64,000 bases of DNA from Candidatus Marinacidobacterium sp. (GCA_965204755.1 OZ242011.1:3136001-3200000); one strand, 5' to 3'; shown: positions 52,155 to 64,000, numbered from the stretch's first letter. Notes: a model not told the origin generated them from the sequence alone. Translations and numbers: made by a program.

Positions 52155-52204
52155 CCGGAGCCGGGAACGGCCGCCGGGGCTCGCGCCCGGCGAGCGGGAG
52201 GCGG

Positions 52205-53551
52205 GTGGCGCTGGTCACGCTGGGATGCGCCAAGAACCTGCTCGACAGCGAGGTCATGGCCGGCGTCCTCGCCCGGCGCGGTTACACCCTCACGACCGAG
52301 CCGGCGGAGGCGGACGCGGTGCTGGTGAACACCTGCGGGTTCATCGGCCCGGCGAAAGAGGAGGGCGTGAACACCATCCTCGACCTGGCGCGCTACCGGC
52401 GCGACGGGAAGTGCCGGCAACTCGTGGTCGCCGGCTGCCTCGCGCAGCGCTACGCCGCCGACCTGTCCCGCGAGATCCCGGAAATCGACCGGATCGTGGG
52501 GCTGGATGAAGTGGCCCGGATCGCCGACATCCTGGATCCGCCCCCGGAGACCGCCGGCCCCCGGCCCCCGCCGCTCACCGCCGACGGCAGCGTCACCTGG
52601 CTCTACGACCACGAGACTCCCCGGCTCCGCTCCACGCCGCCCCACACCGCCTACCTCAAGGTGGCCGAGGGCTGCGACTACCCCTGCACCTTCTGCGTGA
52701 TCCCGCAGATCCGCGGCCGGTTCCGCAGCCGGGATCCGGAGTCGGTCCTGGCCGAGGCGGAAGCGCTCGCCGCCGAAGGGGCGAAGGAACTCGTGCTGGT
52801 GGCGCAGGACACCACCGCCTACGGGACCGACCTGGGTCTGCGCCACGGGCTGGCGACGCTGCTCCGCCGCCTGGCCGGGGTGCCGGGCGTGCGCTGGGTG
52901 CGGTTCCTCTACGCCTACCCCACCACCCTCGACGACCGGGTGCTCGAGGCGATGGCGGAAGTGCCGGAAGTCTGCCGCTATGTGGACATCCCGCTGCAGC
53001 ACGCCTCCCGCCGCATCCTCCGGGACATGCGCCGGCCGGGGAACCGGAAGAGCAACGAGCGGCTGTTGCGGCGGATCCGGGAGGCGGCGCCGGGGGCGGC
53101 CATCCGCAGCACCTTCATCGTCGGCTTCCCCGGCGAGACCGAGAGCGACTTCGAGGAGTTGTACGAGTTCGTCGCCGAGGCCGAGTTCGACGCGATGGGC
53201 GCGTTCCTCTACTCCAACGAGGAGTCGGCGGCCTCCTTCGTCCAGGTCGAGACGGTTTCGGAGGAGGAGAAGGAAGAGCGCCGCGCCCGGTTGATGGCGC
53301 TCCAGGAGGGAATCGCGCTGCGCCGCCACCGGGACGCGGTGGGCGAGGTCGTCCCGGTGCTGGTGGACGGCCCCCCGGAGGAGAGCGATCTCCTGCTCGC
53401 CGGGCGGACGGAGGGGCAGGCGCCGGAGGTGGACGCCCGCGTCCTCATCGTGGACGGCGAAGCCCCGGTGGGCGAGTTCTGCGAAGTGCGGATCACCGAA
53501 GGCCACGCCGCCGACCTGGTCGGCGTCTCCCTCGGCCCCACCGGGCGCTGA
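52205..53551 (+). CDS. rimO: Ribosomal protein S12 methylthiotransferase
   Basis: LGCAKNLLDSE, NTCGFI, GCLAQRY, radical-SAM CDYPCTFC, QAPEVD and TRAM domain. Start GTG 52205 or CTG 52151. Confidence 0.95.
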   Translation: MALVTLGCAKNLLDSEVMAGVLARRGYTLTTEPAEADAVLVNTCGFIGPAKEEGVNTILDLARYRRDGKCRQLVVAGCLAQRYAADLSREIPEIDRIVGLDEVARIADILDPPPETAGPRPPPLTADGSVTWLYDHETPRLRSTPPHTAYLKVAEGCDYPCTFCVIPQIRGRFRSRDPESVLAEAEALAAEGAKELVLVAQDTTAYGTDLGLRHGLATLLRRLAGVPGVRWVRFLYAYPTTLDDRVLEAMAEVPEVCRYVDIPLQHASRRILRDMRRPGNRKSNERLLRRIREAAPGAAIRSTFIVGFPGETESDFEELYEFVAEAEFDAMGAFLYSNEESAASFVQVETVSEEEKEERRARLMALQEGIALRRHRDAVGEVVPVLVDGPPEESDLLLAGRTEGQAPEVDARVLIVDGEAPVGEFCEVRITEGHAADLVGVSLGPTGR

Positions 53552-53596
53552 ACCCCGGGCGCTGAACCCCGGGCGCCGGACCCCGGGCGCCGGGGC
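53541..53596 (+). repeat. 14-bp tandem repeat x4 (CCGGGCGCTGAACC variants) at the rimO stop
   Basis: ccgggcgctgaacc ccgggcgctgaacc ccgggcgccggacc ccgggcgccgggg. Confidence 0.7.
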
Positions 53597-53631
53597 CCCG
53601 CTTGTCCGCCGCCCCGCGGGGCGGCCCCCGC

Positions 53632-53690
53632 TGCTATCATTGCCCGTTCGCTTGCGGGCCGGAGGAAAGGCCGCAAGCCGTCCTTTTTCG
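53632..53690 (+). promoter_or_regulatory. Extended -10 (TGcTATCAT) and hairpin/U-tract leader of the rimP-nusA-infB operon
   Basis: TGCTATCAT at 53632-53640, then GGAAAGGC-CGCAA-GCCGTCC-TTTTT at 53664-53688. This resembles rimP leader attenuator hairpins. Confidence 0.5.
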
Positions 53691-53747
53691 CCCGTCGCGC
53701 CCGGGGGTGCGGCGGGTTTTTCCGAACCTACCCACGAGGCTCCAGGT

Positions 53748-54455
53748 ATTCCAGACCCATCACCGCCGCCGCATCCGCCCGGCGGATCGGCCGACCTCGA
53801 AGCGCGCATCCGGCGCCTCGCGGGACGGGCGGCGGCGAGCGTCGGAGTTCGACTCGCATGGACGGAAATCAAGGGTTCGCGGGGGAACCGGCGCGTCCGC
53901 GTCTTCATCGAGCGCCCCGACGACGCCGTGGGACTCGGGGACTGCGAGCGGATGAACGAGCGCCTTTCCGCGCTCTGCGATCTCGAAGATCCGATCCCCG
54001 GCTCGTGGACTCTCGAAGTGAGCACCCCGGGGCTGGATCGGCCGCTGTTCTCTCTCGACGAGTGCCGCCGCTTCGTCGGACGCCGCGTTACGGTGCGGCA
54101 CTTGGAGGGGGATCGGCCGAAGGCGGTGACCGGGACCCTCTCCGCGGTGGAGGAGGGGGCGATCCGTCTCACGGCGGGGAACCCGGCCCGGCGAGCCTCC
54201 CCACCGAACTCCCCGCCGGACTCGCAGAAGACCTCGGGATCGCGACGCCAACCGCCGAAGGAGTCCCCGTGGGAGTCCCGGATCGAGTGGAGCCGGGTCC
54301 AGCGGGCGAAACTCGCCCCCGACTTCGACGCTCTCCTGCGCGGGACGCGCGGGGCGCCGGGCGCCGGCGCCGCCGCCCGGAACCCCGAACGGGCGCCCGG
54401 AGGGACGGCGCGCCCCGGAAGCGAACCCGCCCCCGCCGGCCGGAGCCGAGCCTGA
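53748..54455 (+). CDS. rimP: Ribosome maturation factor RimP
   Basis: VRVFIE, GLGDCE, EDPIPGSWTLEVSTPGLDRPL. Start uncertain (TTG 53640 or ATT 53748). Confidence 0.9.
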   Translation: MPDPSPPPHPPGGSADLEARIRRLAGRAAASVGVRLAWTEIKGSRGNRRVRVFIERPDDAVGLGDCERMNERLSALCDLEDPIPGSWTLEVSTPGLDRPLFSLDECRRFVGRRVTVRHLEGDRPKAVTGTLSAVEEGAIRLTAGNPARRASPPNSPPDSQKTSGSRRQPPKESPWESRIEWSRVQRAKLAPDFDALLRGTRGAPGAGAAARNPERAPGGTARPGSEPAPAGRSRA

Positions 54456-55999
54456 TGGAAGCCATCGAGGAACTGTCGGCGACCGTGGCCCGCGCCGAAG
54501 TGATCGCCGGCGTCGAGCAGGCCGCCTCGCTGGCGGCCTCGCAGTCCGCCGGCCGGACGCTGTCCGTCCGCCTCGATCCGGACCGCGGGACCCTCGAGTG
54601 CTTCGCTTCGAAACGGGTCGTGGAGGAAGTGGGCGACCCGGAGACGGAGGTGCTCCTCTCCGCCTCTCCGGAGGGTTCCGAGCCCGGCGACCTGGTGGAC
54701 TTGCCCGCGCCGCTCGGCGCCGCCGCCCGGAGCGCGGTCCGCGCCGGCCGGGAAGTGCTCGCCTCGCGTCTCCGGGGAGCGAAGTCCATGGTGCTCGCCG
54801 GGCGTTACCGGGATCGCATCGGGAAACTGGAGACGGCCACGGTGAAACGCCGCGAAGGCGCGGACCTCATCGTGGACCTGGGCTCGGTGGAGGGGCGCAT
54901 TCCGGCGAGCGAGCAGAGCCGCCACGAAGTCTTCAACCTGGAAGACACGGTGCGCGCGTCGGTGCTCGCCGTCGAAGCCGACGAGCCGCCGGTGGTCCTC
55001 TCGCGGATCCGTCCGGAACTGCTCGCCGGGGTGATCGAACGCGAGACGCCGGAAGTGCGGCAGGGTTCGGTCGAGGTGAAGGCGACCGCGCGCCGGCCGG
55101 GGATTCGGGCGAAGGCGGCGGTCTGGTCGGACACGGTCGGCGTGAATCCGGTGGCGGCCTGCCTCGGCCCCGGCGGCGCCCGCATCCGGGCGGTCAGCCG
55201 GGAGTTGCGGGGCGAACGGGTGGATGTGGTCCTCTGGAGCCGGTCGCCGGAGCGCTTCGCCAGGAACGCCCTGCAGCCGGCGGAGATCCTGGGGGTGCGC
55301 CCGGCCCGGCCGGGGGAGATGCCGCAGCGGCCTACGGGCGGGCCCGGTCGCCGCGATGCCCGGGGCGGCCCGCGCCGCCGGGACTCCCGGGACCGGGACT
55401 ATCGGGACGGGGAGCGGCGTCGCCCCGCGAGCCCGCGGGGCGACGGCCGGGGCCGGAGGTCCGACGGGCGTGACGCGACTCCCGACGGCCTGGTGGTTAC
55501 GGTGTCGGCGGAGGAACTCCCCCGGGCGCTCGGCAAGCGCGGCCAGAATGTGCGGCTCGCCTCCGAGTTGATCGGCATCCCGATCGAAGTGGTGGCCGAG
55601 GGCGAAACGCCGGGAACCCGCGGCGGGAGTCGGGATCGCGGCGATTCCCGCTCCCGCGACAACCGGGACCGGAGCGGCGGCCGCCGGCCGCGCTACGGCG
55701 GCCGGCCGGACCGAAACGACCGGCCGGACCGAAACGACCGGCCGGCCCGGGACGACCGGCCGGCCCGAAACTACCGGCCGGCCCGAAGCGACCGGCCCGA
55801 CCGATCGGATCGTCCCGACCGATCGGACCGGCCCCATCGACCGTATCGGGGCCGCCCCGCGCCCTCCGGCGACTACCGCGACCGGGGGCCTCGGCGCCGC
55901 CCGCCCGGCGGGAGACCGCCCCGGCCCCGGAGGGACCGGGAGCCGGAGGCCGCCCCTCCGCCCCCGCCGGACGAGTTCGAACCGGAAGGGGATCGCTAG
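54455..55999 (+). CDS. nusA: Transcription termination factor NusA with low-complexity insertions
   Basis: S1 domain, ETPEV, ARRPGIRAKAAV, ACLGPGGARI, GERVDVV, NALQPA, ALGKRGQNVRLASEL. Confidence 0.92.
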   Translation: MEAIEELSATVARAEVIAGVEQAASLAASQSAGRTLSVRLDPDRGTLECFASKRVVEEVGDPETEVLLSASPEGSEPGDLVDLPAPLGAAARSAVRAGREVLASRLRGAKSMVLAGRYRDRIGKLETATVKRREGADLIVDLGSVEGRIPASEQSRHEVFNLEDTVRASVLAVEADEPPVVLSRIRPELLAGVIERETPEVRQGSVEVKATARRPGIRAKAAVWSDTVGVNPVAACLGPGGARIRAVSRELRGERVDVVLWSRSPERFARNALQPAEILGVRPARPGEMPQRPTGGPGRRDARGGPRRRDSRDRDYRDGERRRPASPRGDGRGRRSDGRDATPDGLVVTVSAEELPRALGKRGQNVRLASELIGIPIEVVAEGETPGTRGGSRDRGDSRSRDNRDRSGGRRPRYGGRPDRNDRPDRNDRPARDDRPARNYRPARSDRPDRSDRPDRSDRPHRPYRGRPAPSGDYRDRGPRRRPPGGRPPRPRRDREPEAAPPPPPDEFEPEGDR

Positions 56000-56002
56000 G
56001 TC

Positions 56003-58774
56003 ATGCCGACGGCGAACATCCGGGTCAGCGACCTCGCCAAGCAGGTGGGGATGGAGCCCGCCGAACTCCTCCCGGTCCTGCGCGACGACTTCGGCCACCG
56101 GGTCCGCACCGCCTCTTCCTCGATCCCGGCCACCGAGGCGCGCAAGGTCATCAACCGGCTGCGTCTCAAGAAGGCCCGGGCCTCGCGCGCCGACCGGGAC
56201 CGGAAGTCGGAGGCGCGGGAGAACATCCGGCGGCTCGACGCGCAGAAGGAACTCCGCGAGGCGGCGCAGGAGAAGGAGCGGGTCGAAGCCGAGCGGCGGG
56301 AACGCGAGGAGGCGGAACGCCGCGCCAAGGAGGAAGCGGAACGGCGGGCGCGCGAAGAGGAAGAGCGCCTCCGCCGCGAGGAGGAGGAGCGCGTCGCCGC
56401 CCGGCTCGCGGAAGAGGAAGCGGAACGCCGGCGCGCCGATGCCGCCGCGAAGGCCGCCGAGCGCGCGGCCGCCGCCCGGGAGGCAGAGGCGGCTGCCGCG
56501 GCCGCGGCCCGCGAGGCCGCGGAGCGGACCTCGGAAGCCGTGGAGCCGGCGGCGGCCGCGCCGGCGGCGGGCGGCGGCGCCCCTCGGGGCCGGCCCGAGC
56601 CGGCGGCGCCCCCTAAGTCCCGCCCGGCGCCTTCCCGTCCGATGCCCGCCGCCGCCGCTCCCGCGGCGCCGGCCGCTCCGCCGCCTCCGTCACCGCGCCG
56701 CCACGGAACCGCCAGCATCGCCGCCCCCACCGTCGCGGGCTTCCGGCCGGGCGCGACCGGACAGACGGTCACCATCGCCCGCCCCCCCGTCTCTCCCCGC
56801 CCGGTGAAGCGGCCGACCCCGCCGCGGCTGCGCCCGTCCCCGCCGCCGCTGCGCAGCGACCGGCAACTCAAACTGCGCAAGCCCGGCGGCCCGGGCAAGA
56901 AGTCGCGCCGATCGAGGGAACAGAAGCGCGCGGAACTCGGGGACCTCGGCGAGGGGCTGGAGAATGTCCTTCCGTCGGTCGTGCAGCGGGCGACCCGGGA
57001 ATACTCGACCGACGCCCGGGTGGAACTCGGCGAGGCGAACACCGTCCAGCAACTCGGCGAGGCCATGAAAATTCCCGGCTCCGAAGTCCTGAAGACGCTC
57101 CTTCAGGAGTACGGGATCCCCGCCACGATCAACCAGTCGCTCGACCGCGCCACCGCCGAGAAACTCGTTCTCGGCTTCGGCGGCTCGGTCGTCGAAGCCG
57201 CGGCGACGAACGGCCGCCGGGCCGAGCCGGAGGAGGACGCGGCGGTGGAGGCGGACCCGGACCTCGTGGAGCGGGCGCCGGTGGTCACCGTCATGGGTCA
57301 TGTGGATCACGGCAAGACCAGCCTGCTCGACGCGATCCGCGAGTCGCGGGTGGCCGCCGGCGAGGCGGGCGGCATCACCCAGCACATGAGCGCCTACCGG
57401 GTGGAGGCGAAGGGCCGGCCCATCGTCTTCCTGGACACGCCCGGCCACGAGGCGTTCACCCGGATGCGCGCCCGCGGCGCGGGGGTCACCGATGTGGTGA
57501 TCCTGGTGGTGGCCGCCGACGACGGCGTCAAGGAACAGACGCTCGAGGCGCTGAACCACGCCCGCGCCGCGAAGGTCCCCATCCTGGTCGCGGTGAACAA
57601 GATGGACCTCCCCGGTGCGGACCCCGACCAGGTGATGCGCCAACTGGCGGAACGCGGCGTGACGCCCGAGGATTGGGGCGGGGACACGGTCTTCTGCCGG
57701 GTCTCCGCGAAGACCCGGGACGGGCTCCCGGAACTCCTGCAGTTCGTGCTCGATGTCTCCGAACTCGAAGAACCGATGGCGAACCCCGACGGCGCGGCCG
57801 AAGGGGTGGTGCTCGAAGCCCGGAAGGACCGGGGCCGCGGCCCGGTGGCCCAACTCCTGATCCGGAACGGCACGCTCGCGGTCAAGGACCTGGTGGTGGC
57901 CGGTTCGGCGTGGGGGAAGGTGCGGGCGCTCCTCGACGAGGACGGCAAGCGGATGAAGGCCGCCCCTCCCTCGACGCCGGTGGAGGTGCTCGGGCTCTCC
58001 GAGGTGCCCCAGGTCGGCGACCGGTTCTTCGTCGAGCCGGACCGCGCCGAGGCTCGCCGGATCGCCGAGGAGAAGCAGAGCGCCGAGCGGCTGGAGGTCA
58101 TCGAGGGGCGGCGGCGGTTGACGCTGGGGAACCTGCACGCCCGGATGACCGGCGGCCTGAAGGAGTTGCCGGTCGTGGTGAAGGGCGATGTGGGCGGCTC
58201 GGTGGAGGCGGTCTGCGACGCGCTCTCCCGGCTCGGCGGAGACGAGGTGAAGGTGCGGGTGGTGCACGCCGCCGCCGGCGGGATCACCGAGAGCGATGTG
58301 GACCTCGCCGCCACCACGGATGCGGTGGTCGTGGCCTTCGGCGTCCGTCCGGAGCCCTCGGCGGAGCGCCTCGCCGAGCGCGAGGGCGTGGACATCCGCT
58401 CGCACACGGTGATCTACCACCTCACCGAGGAGATCGAGAAGGCGCTGGCGGGGCTCCTGGAGCCGGAGACCGAGGTCGTCGAACTGGGCCGGATCGAGGT
58501 CCGGAAGACCTTCTCCGTGCCCCGGGTGGGGGTCATCGCCGGTTCCTATGTCCTCTCCGGCGCGATCCCGCGAAGCGCCCGGCTCCGGCTGGTGCGCGAC
58601 AGCCGGGTGGTCCACGAAGGCCGCATCGGCAGCCTGCGGCGGTTCAAGGAGGATGTGGCGCAGGTGCGGGAAGGGTTCGAGTGCGGCGTGGGCATCGCCG
58701 GCTACAACGATGTGAAGATCGGGGATGTCATCGAGGCGTACCGGATCTCCCCGGTGAAGCCGCCGGCGAACTGA
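56003..58774 (+). CDS. infB: Translation initiation factor IF-2
   Basis: MGHVDHGKTSLLD, GGITQH, DTPGHEAF, NKMD, KGDVGGS, SLRRFKEDV. Confidence 0.97.
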   Translation: MPTANIRVSDLAKQVGMEPAELLPVLRDDFGHRVRTASSSIPATEARKVINRLRLKKARASRADRDRKSEARENIRRLDAQKELREAAQEKERVEAERREREEAERRAKEEAERRAREEEERLRREEEERVAARLAEEEAERRRADAAAKAAERAAAAREAEAAAAAAAREAAERTSEAVEPAAAAPAAGGGAPRGRPEPAAPPKSRPAPSRPMPAAAAPAAPAAPPPPSPRRHGTASIAAPTVAGFRPGATGQTVTIARPPVSPRPVKRPTPPRLRPSPPPLRSDRQLKLRKPGGPGKKSRRSREQKRAELGDLGEGLENVLPSVVQRATREYSTDARVELGEANTVQQLGEAMKIPGSEVLKTLLQEYGIPATINQSLDRATAEKLVLGFGGSVVEAAATNGRRAEPEEDAAVEADPDLVERAPVVTVMGHVDHGKTSLLDAIRESRVAAGEAGGITQHMSAYRVEAKGRPIVFLDTPGHEAFTRMRARGAGVTDVVILVVAADDGVKEQTLEALNHARAAKVPILVAVNKMDLPGADPDQVMRQLAERGVTPEDWGGDTVFCRVSAKTRDGLPELLQFVLDVSELEEPMANPDGAAEGVVLEARKDRGRGPVAQLLIRNGTLAVKDLVVAGSAWGKVRALLDEDGKRMKAAPPSTPVEVLGLSEVPQVGDRFFVEPDRAEARRIAEEKQSAERLEVIEGRRRLTLGNLHARMTGGLKELPVVVKGDVGGSVEAVCDALSRLGGDEVKVRVVHAAAGGITESDVDLAATTDAVVVAFGVRPEPSAERLAEREGVDIRSHTVIYHLTEEIEKALAGLLEPETEVVELGRIEVRKTFSVPRVGVIAGSYVLSGAIPRSARLRLVRDSRVVHEGRIGSLRRFKEDVAQVREGFECGVGIAGYNDVKIGDVIEAYRISPVKPPAN

Positions 58775-58785
58775 GGGAGCCGCCC

Positions 58786-59088
58786 GTGGCCGGCGCGCGC
58801 ATCGGCCTGCTGCGGCTGAGTGTGACCGTGGCGGGGGCGCGGTCCAAGAAAGACCGGCGGCGGGTGGTGCGGTCGCTGACCGATCGGCTGCGCGCCCGCT
58901 TCTCGGTGGCGGTCGCCGAGACCGGGGACCCGGAGTCGCTCCGGGAGGCGGAACTCTCCGTGGTCTCCGTCGGCCTCGGGACGGCGGTGGTGGCCCGGCG
59001 GCTGGAAGCGGCGCGGGCGTTCGCCTTCTCGGCGTTCCCGACCGAAGTGACCGACGGGGAAATCGAGTGGGCGGAGGTCCTCCCTTGA
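58786..59088 (+). CDS. DUF503 (YlxP-like) protein
   Basis: ARSKKDRRRVVRSL...RFSVAVAE, in the usual position between infB and rbfA. Confidence 0.85.
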   Translation: MAGARIGLLRLSVTVAGARSKKDRRRVVRSLTDRLRARFSVAVAETGDPESLREAELSVVSVGLGTAVVARRLEAARAFAFSAFPTEVTDGEIEWAEVLP

Positions 59089-59621
59089 GACGGTCGGGGC
59101 GGGGCGCCCCGCCCGGTCGTCCGGCGGGTTCGGGGCGCGACGAGGGGCGGCGGGAGCGCGTCGCCGAACGGGTCCGCCAGGAGGTCGCCGGGATCCTGCG
59201 TTTCGACCTCGCCGACCCCCGGGTGGCGCGGGCGACCGTGACCCGGGTGGAAATGAGCCGCGACCTGGGGCTGGCGCGGGTCTATGTCTCGGTGCTCGGC
59301 GGCGAAGAGCAGCAGAAGGAGACGCTCTCCACGCTGCGCCGGGCCGGCGGGCGGGTGCGTTCGCTCCTCGGCGGACGGGTGCGGCTGCGGGCCACTCCCG
59401 AAGTGCGCTTCGTCTTCGACCCGTCGGTGGAGTTCGGGATCCGCCTGGAGGAAATCCTCGAAGCCGAGCGGGCCCGCTCGCCGGCGGAGGCCCCGGAGGG
59501 CGGCGAGGCCCCGGGGGAAGCCGCACCGGAAGCGGCCGACAGCGCGGACGGCCCAACCGGCCCAGCCGGCCCAACCGGGCCGCCGGGGCAGGCGGGGACC
59601 CCGGAGGAGGGGAACTCCTGA
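59085..59621 (+). CDS. rbfA: Ribosome-binding factor A
   Basis: RERVAERV, DPRV, VTRVEMSRDL, LRATPEVRFVFD. Confidence 0.93.
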   Translation: MRRSGRGAPPGRPAGSGRDEGRRERVAERVRQEVAGILRFDLADPRVARATVTRVEMSRDLGLARVYVSVLGGEEQQKETLSTLRRAGGRVRSLLGGRVRLRATPEVRFVFDPSVEFGIRLEEILEAERARSPAEAPEGGEAPGEAAPEAADSADGPTGPAGPTGPPGQAGTPEEGNS

Positions 59622-60625
59622 CCGCCCGTGGAGCGAGCCCCGAAGGGATCGCCCCGCGGGAAGACCGAACCCGCGCCTCCGGTCTTCCGGTCGGGAAGGG
59701 GACGGCGGGGCGCTCTCCCCACGGGCTGCTCCTTCTCGACAAGGACGAGGGGATCTCTTCGTTCCGCGCCGTCCGCCGCGTGCGCGCGCTGCTCGGCGGC
59801 GCCCGCTGCGGGCACGCCGGCGCCCTCGACCCCTTCGCCACCGGCCTGCTGCCGGTCGGGGTGGGCCGGGCGACCCGCCTCCTCCGCTTCGTCGGCGCGG
59901 GCCGCAAGCGGTACCGGGCCGCGGTCCGGTTCGGGCAGGCGACGGACACCGACGACCGCTGCGGCGCGCCGCTCGGGACGGCTCACCCGCCTCCGGGCGA
60001 GGCCGAAGTCCGCGCCGCGCTGCCGGGGTTCGTCGGCGAAATCGCCCAGCGGCCCCCGGCCTACTCGGCGAAACATGTGGACGGGCAGCGCGCCTACCGG
60101 CTGGCCCGCGCCGGCCGGCCGCCCGACCTGCCGCCGGTCCCGGTCCGGGTGTACGCGTTGGAACTCGTCCGCTTCGGGGACGGCGAGGCGGAACTCCGCT
60201 GCGAGGTCGGCCCCGGCGTCTATGTCCGGGCGTTGGCGCGCGACCTGGGCGACCGCCTGGGCTGCGGCGGGCACCTCTCCGCGCTCCGCCGCGCGGCGGT
60301 GGGCCCGTTCTCGGTGGAAGACGCGATCCGTCTGCCGGCCCTGCAGCGGGCCGGGCCGGAAGCCGCGCCGCTCCTCGACCCGCTCGCGGCCCTCGCCGGT
60401 ATGGAACGCCTGGTCGTCGAGGGCGAAGCGCTCGTCCGCCTCCGAAGCGGCCGCGCCGTCCCGTTCGACGAAGCCTCCCCGCCGCCGGGCGAGGCCGGCC
60501 CGAGCCGGCCGCGCGCCGCGGTGCGCCGTCGGTTCGACGAAGAGGGGGAAGGTTTCGCCCTGGTGGCGGTCGTCACCGCGGTCGAGGGCGCCTGGCGGCC
60601 GCTCGTGGTTTGGGAGACCGGCTGA
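59618..60625 (+). CDS. truB: tRNA pseudouridine(55) synthase
   Basis: HGLLLLDKDEGISS, GHAGALDPFATG, TDTDD, QRPPAYSAK, YVRALARDLG. The frame is open back to CTG 59618, which overlaps the rbfA stop. Confidence 0.93.
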   Translation: MTARGASPEGIAPREDRTRASGLPVGKGTAGRSPHGLLLLDKDEGISSFRAVRRVRALLGGARCGHAGALDPFATGLLPVGVGRATRLLRFVGAGRKRYRAAVRFGQATDTDDRCGAPLGTAHPPPGEAEVRAALPGFVGEIAQRPPAYSAKHVDGQRAYRLARAGRPPDLPPVPVRVYALELVRFGDGEAELRCEVGPGVYVRALARDLGDRLGCGGHLSALRRAAVGPFSVEDAIRLPALQRAGPEAAPLLDPLAALAGMERLVVEGEALVRLRSGRAVPFDEASPPPGEAGPSRPRAAVRRRFDEEGEGFALVAVVTAVEGAWRPLVVWETG

Positions 60626-60821
60626 CGACCGTCTCCGGCGGGCGGCTGTGTTAGGGTTCCCCGGTCAGCAGAAAGCCGACGCGGAAAACTCTGAGCGGAC
60701 GGGCGCCTCGTCGAGGGCGTCCCGAAAACGGCGGAAGCGGATTTCGTAACGGCAGGATCCCGAGGGGCAACGACCGAAGACCGCGGCCGGCCATCCCTCC
60801 CGCCCACAGGAAACGAACCCA

Positions 60822-61091
60822 TTGGCACTGAACCCAGAGAAGAAACAGCAGATCATCGAGAAGTTCCGGCGTCATGACACGGACGCCGGGTCGCCGGAGG
60901 TTCAGGCGGCGCTGCTCACCGCCCGGATCACCGGTCTCGCCGGCCACTTCGGCGAGCACGCGAAGGACCATCACTCGCGCCGCGGCCTGTTGAAGATGGT
61001 GAGTCGGCGGCGGCGGCTGCTCGACTACCTGCGGCGCAAGGATGTGGGCCGTTACCGCGAACTGATCGCGGAACTCGGCCTCCGGAAGTAG
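60822..61091 (+). CDS. rpsO: 30S ribosomal protein S15
   Basis: [30 protein letters not shown] start. Confidence 0.97.
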   Translation: MALNPEKKQQIIEKFRRHDTDAGSPEVQAALLTARITGLAGHFGEHAKDHHSRRGLLKMVSRRRRLLDYLRRKDVGRYRELIAELGLRK

Positions 61092-61324
61092 TTTCCGGTC
61101 CGCCCGAGCCCGCCCTCCGTCCGTTTGGCCCCCGAGCCTCACGGCTGACGCCCTCCACCGAATAGCCTCGACGGCTAGCCCTTTTCGCGAACGACCCGAC
61201 CGACTGCAGCGAGCGAACGAGCGCGAGACCACCCCATCGCCCGCCCCCCCGGCGAACCCCGGGAGCAGCGGGCCCCTGACCAGACGGCAAACCTGAACCG
61301 ACAGGAAAGACGAGGAAAACGAGA

Positions 61325-63493
<2,169 letters not shown>

Positions 63494-63547
63494 CCGGCCG
63501 CACTCTCTGCCCGGGCGGCGGCGCCGGGACGCGCCGCCGCTCCGGGC

Positions 63548-64000
63548 TCAGTCGCAGAAGAGCCGCTCGGGCAGGGGCTGGCCGGTGATCCGCCGGTAGG
63601 CGCCCAGGAAGCGCTCGGTGGTGCCGCGCACCACCTCCTCCGGCAGGTGCGGCGCCGGCGGGTTCTTGTCCCAGTCCAGCGTCTCCAGGTAGTCGCGGAC
63701 ATACTGCTTGTCGAAACTGGACTGGAGGCGGCCCGGCGCGTAGTCGTCCGCCGGCCAGAACCGCGAGGAGTCCGGCGTGAGCACCTCGTCGATCAGGAAC
63801 AGGTTCCCCTCGTCGTCGCGCCCGAACTCGAATTTGGTGTCGGCGATGATGATGCCGCGCTCCTTCGCCCAGGCGACGCCGCTCTCGTAGATCTCGCGGG
63901 AGATCCGGTGGAGGCGCCCGGTGAGTTCCCGTCCGAGGGCGTCCGCGACGAATGCCTCGCTCACATTCTCGTCGTGGCCGTCCTCGGCCTTGGTCGCCGG
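63548..64000 (-). CDS. purC: SAICAR synthase; 5' end lies outside the window
   Basis: IADTKFEFG, DEVLTPDSSRFW, DKQYVRDYL. Confidence 0.95.
   Translation of the reverse strand, partial: PATKAEDGHDENVSEAFVADALGRELTGRLHRISREIYESGVAWAKERGIIIADTKFEFGRDDEGNLFLIDEVLTPDSSRFWPADDYAPGRLQSSFDKQYVRDYLETLDWDKNPPAPHLPEEVVRGTTERFLGAYRRITGQPLPERLFCD

Noticed and set aside
59628-59780. Apparent frameshift at the truB 5' end
   Set aside because: The TruB frame is open back to CTG 59618, so no frameshift is required.

Overview
Very GC-rich bacterial chromosomal segment. The fused LptF-LptG and the DUF6600-type protein are compatible with an Acidobacteria-like host, but this is inference. Most of the window is housekeeping: class II ribonucleotide reductase nrdJ (partial), glpX, acyl-CoA dehydrogenase, rnc, a HAMP-SpoIIE phosphatase, ftsB, valS, metK, lptFG, smc, murU/amgK, asnS, rimO, rimP-nusA-infB-DUF503-rbfA-truB-rpsO-pnp and purC (partial). 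Accessory blocks are a tandem triplet of Uma2/DUF820-like nuclease genes (12.1-14.4 kb), a type I-G CRISPR-Cas locus with separate I-C-like cas4/cas1/cas2 and a 10-repeat array (32.0-41.1 kb), a TctCBA-MmgE/PrpD-CocE catabolic operon, and an AAA/DUF4143 gene with a remnant copy. The most unusual observations are: (1) an RNase III with two RNase III domains, the second apparently catalytically dead, plus two dsRBDs, a Drosha/Dicer-like layout; (2) paired NrdR-type boxes upstream of smc as well as nrdJ; (3) strong depletion of AGCT and ACGT in core genes; (4) several core genes that seem to need non-canonical start codons; (5) single-base frameshifts in smc and cas4 that may be assembly errors.
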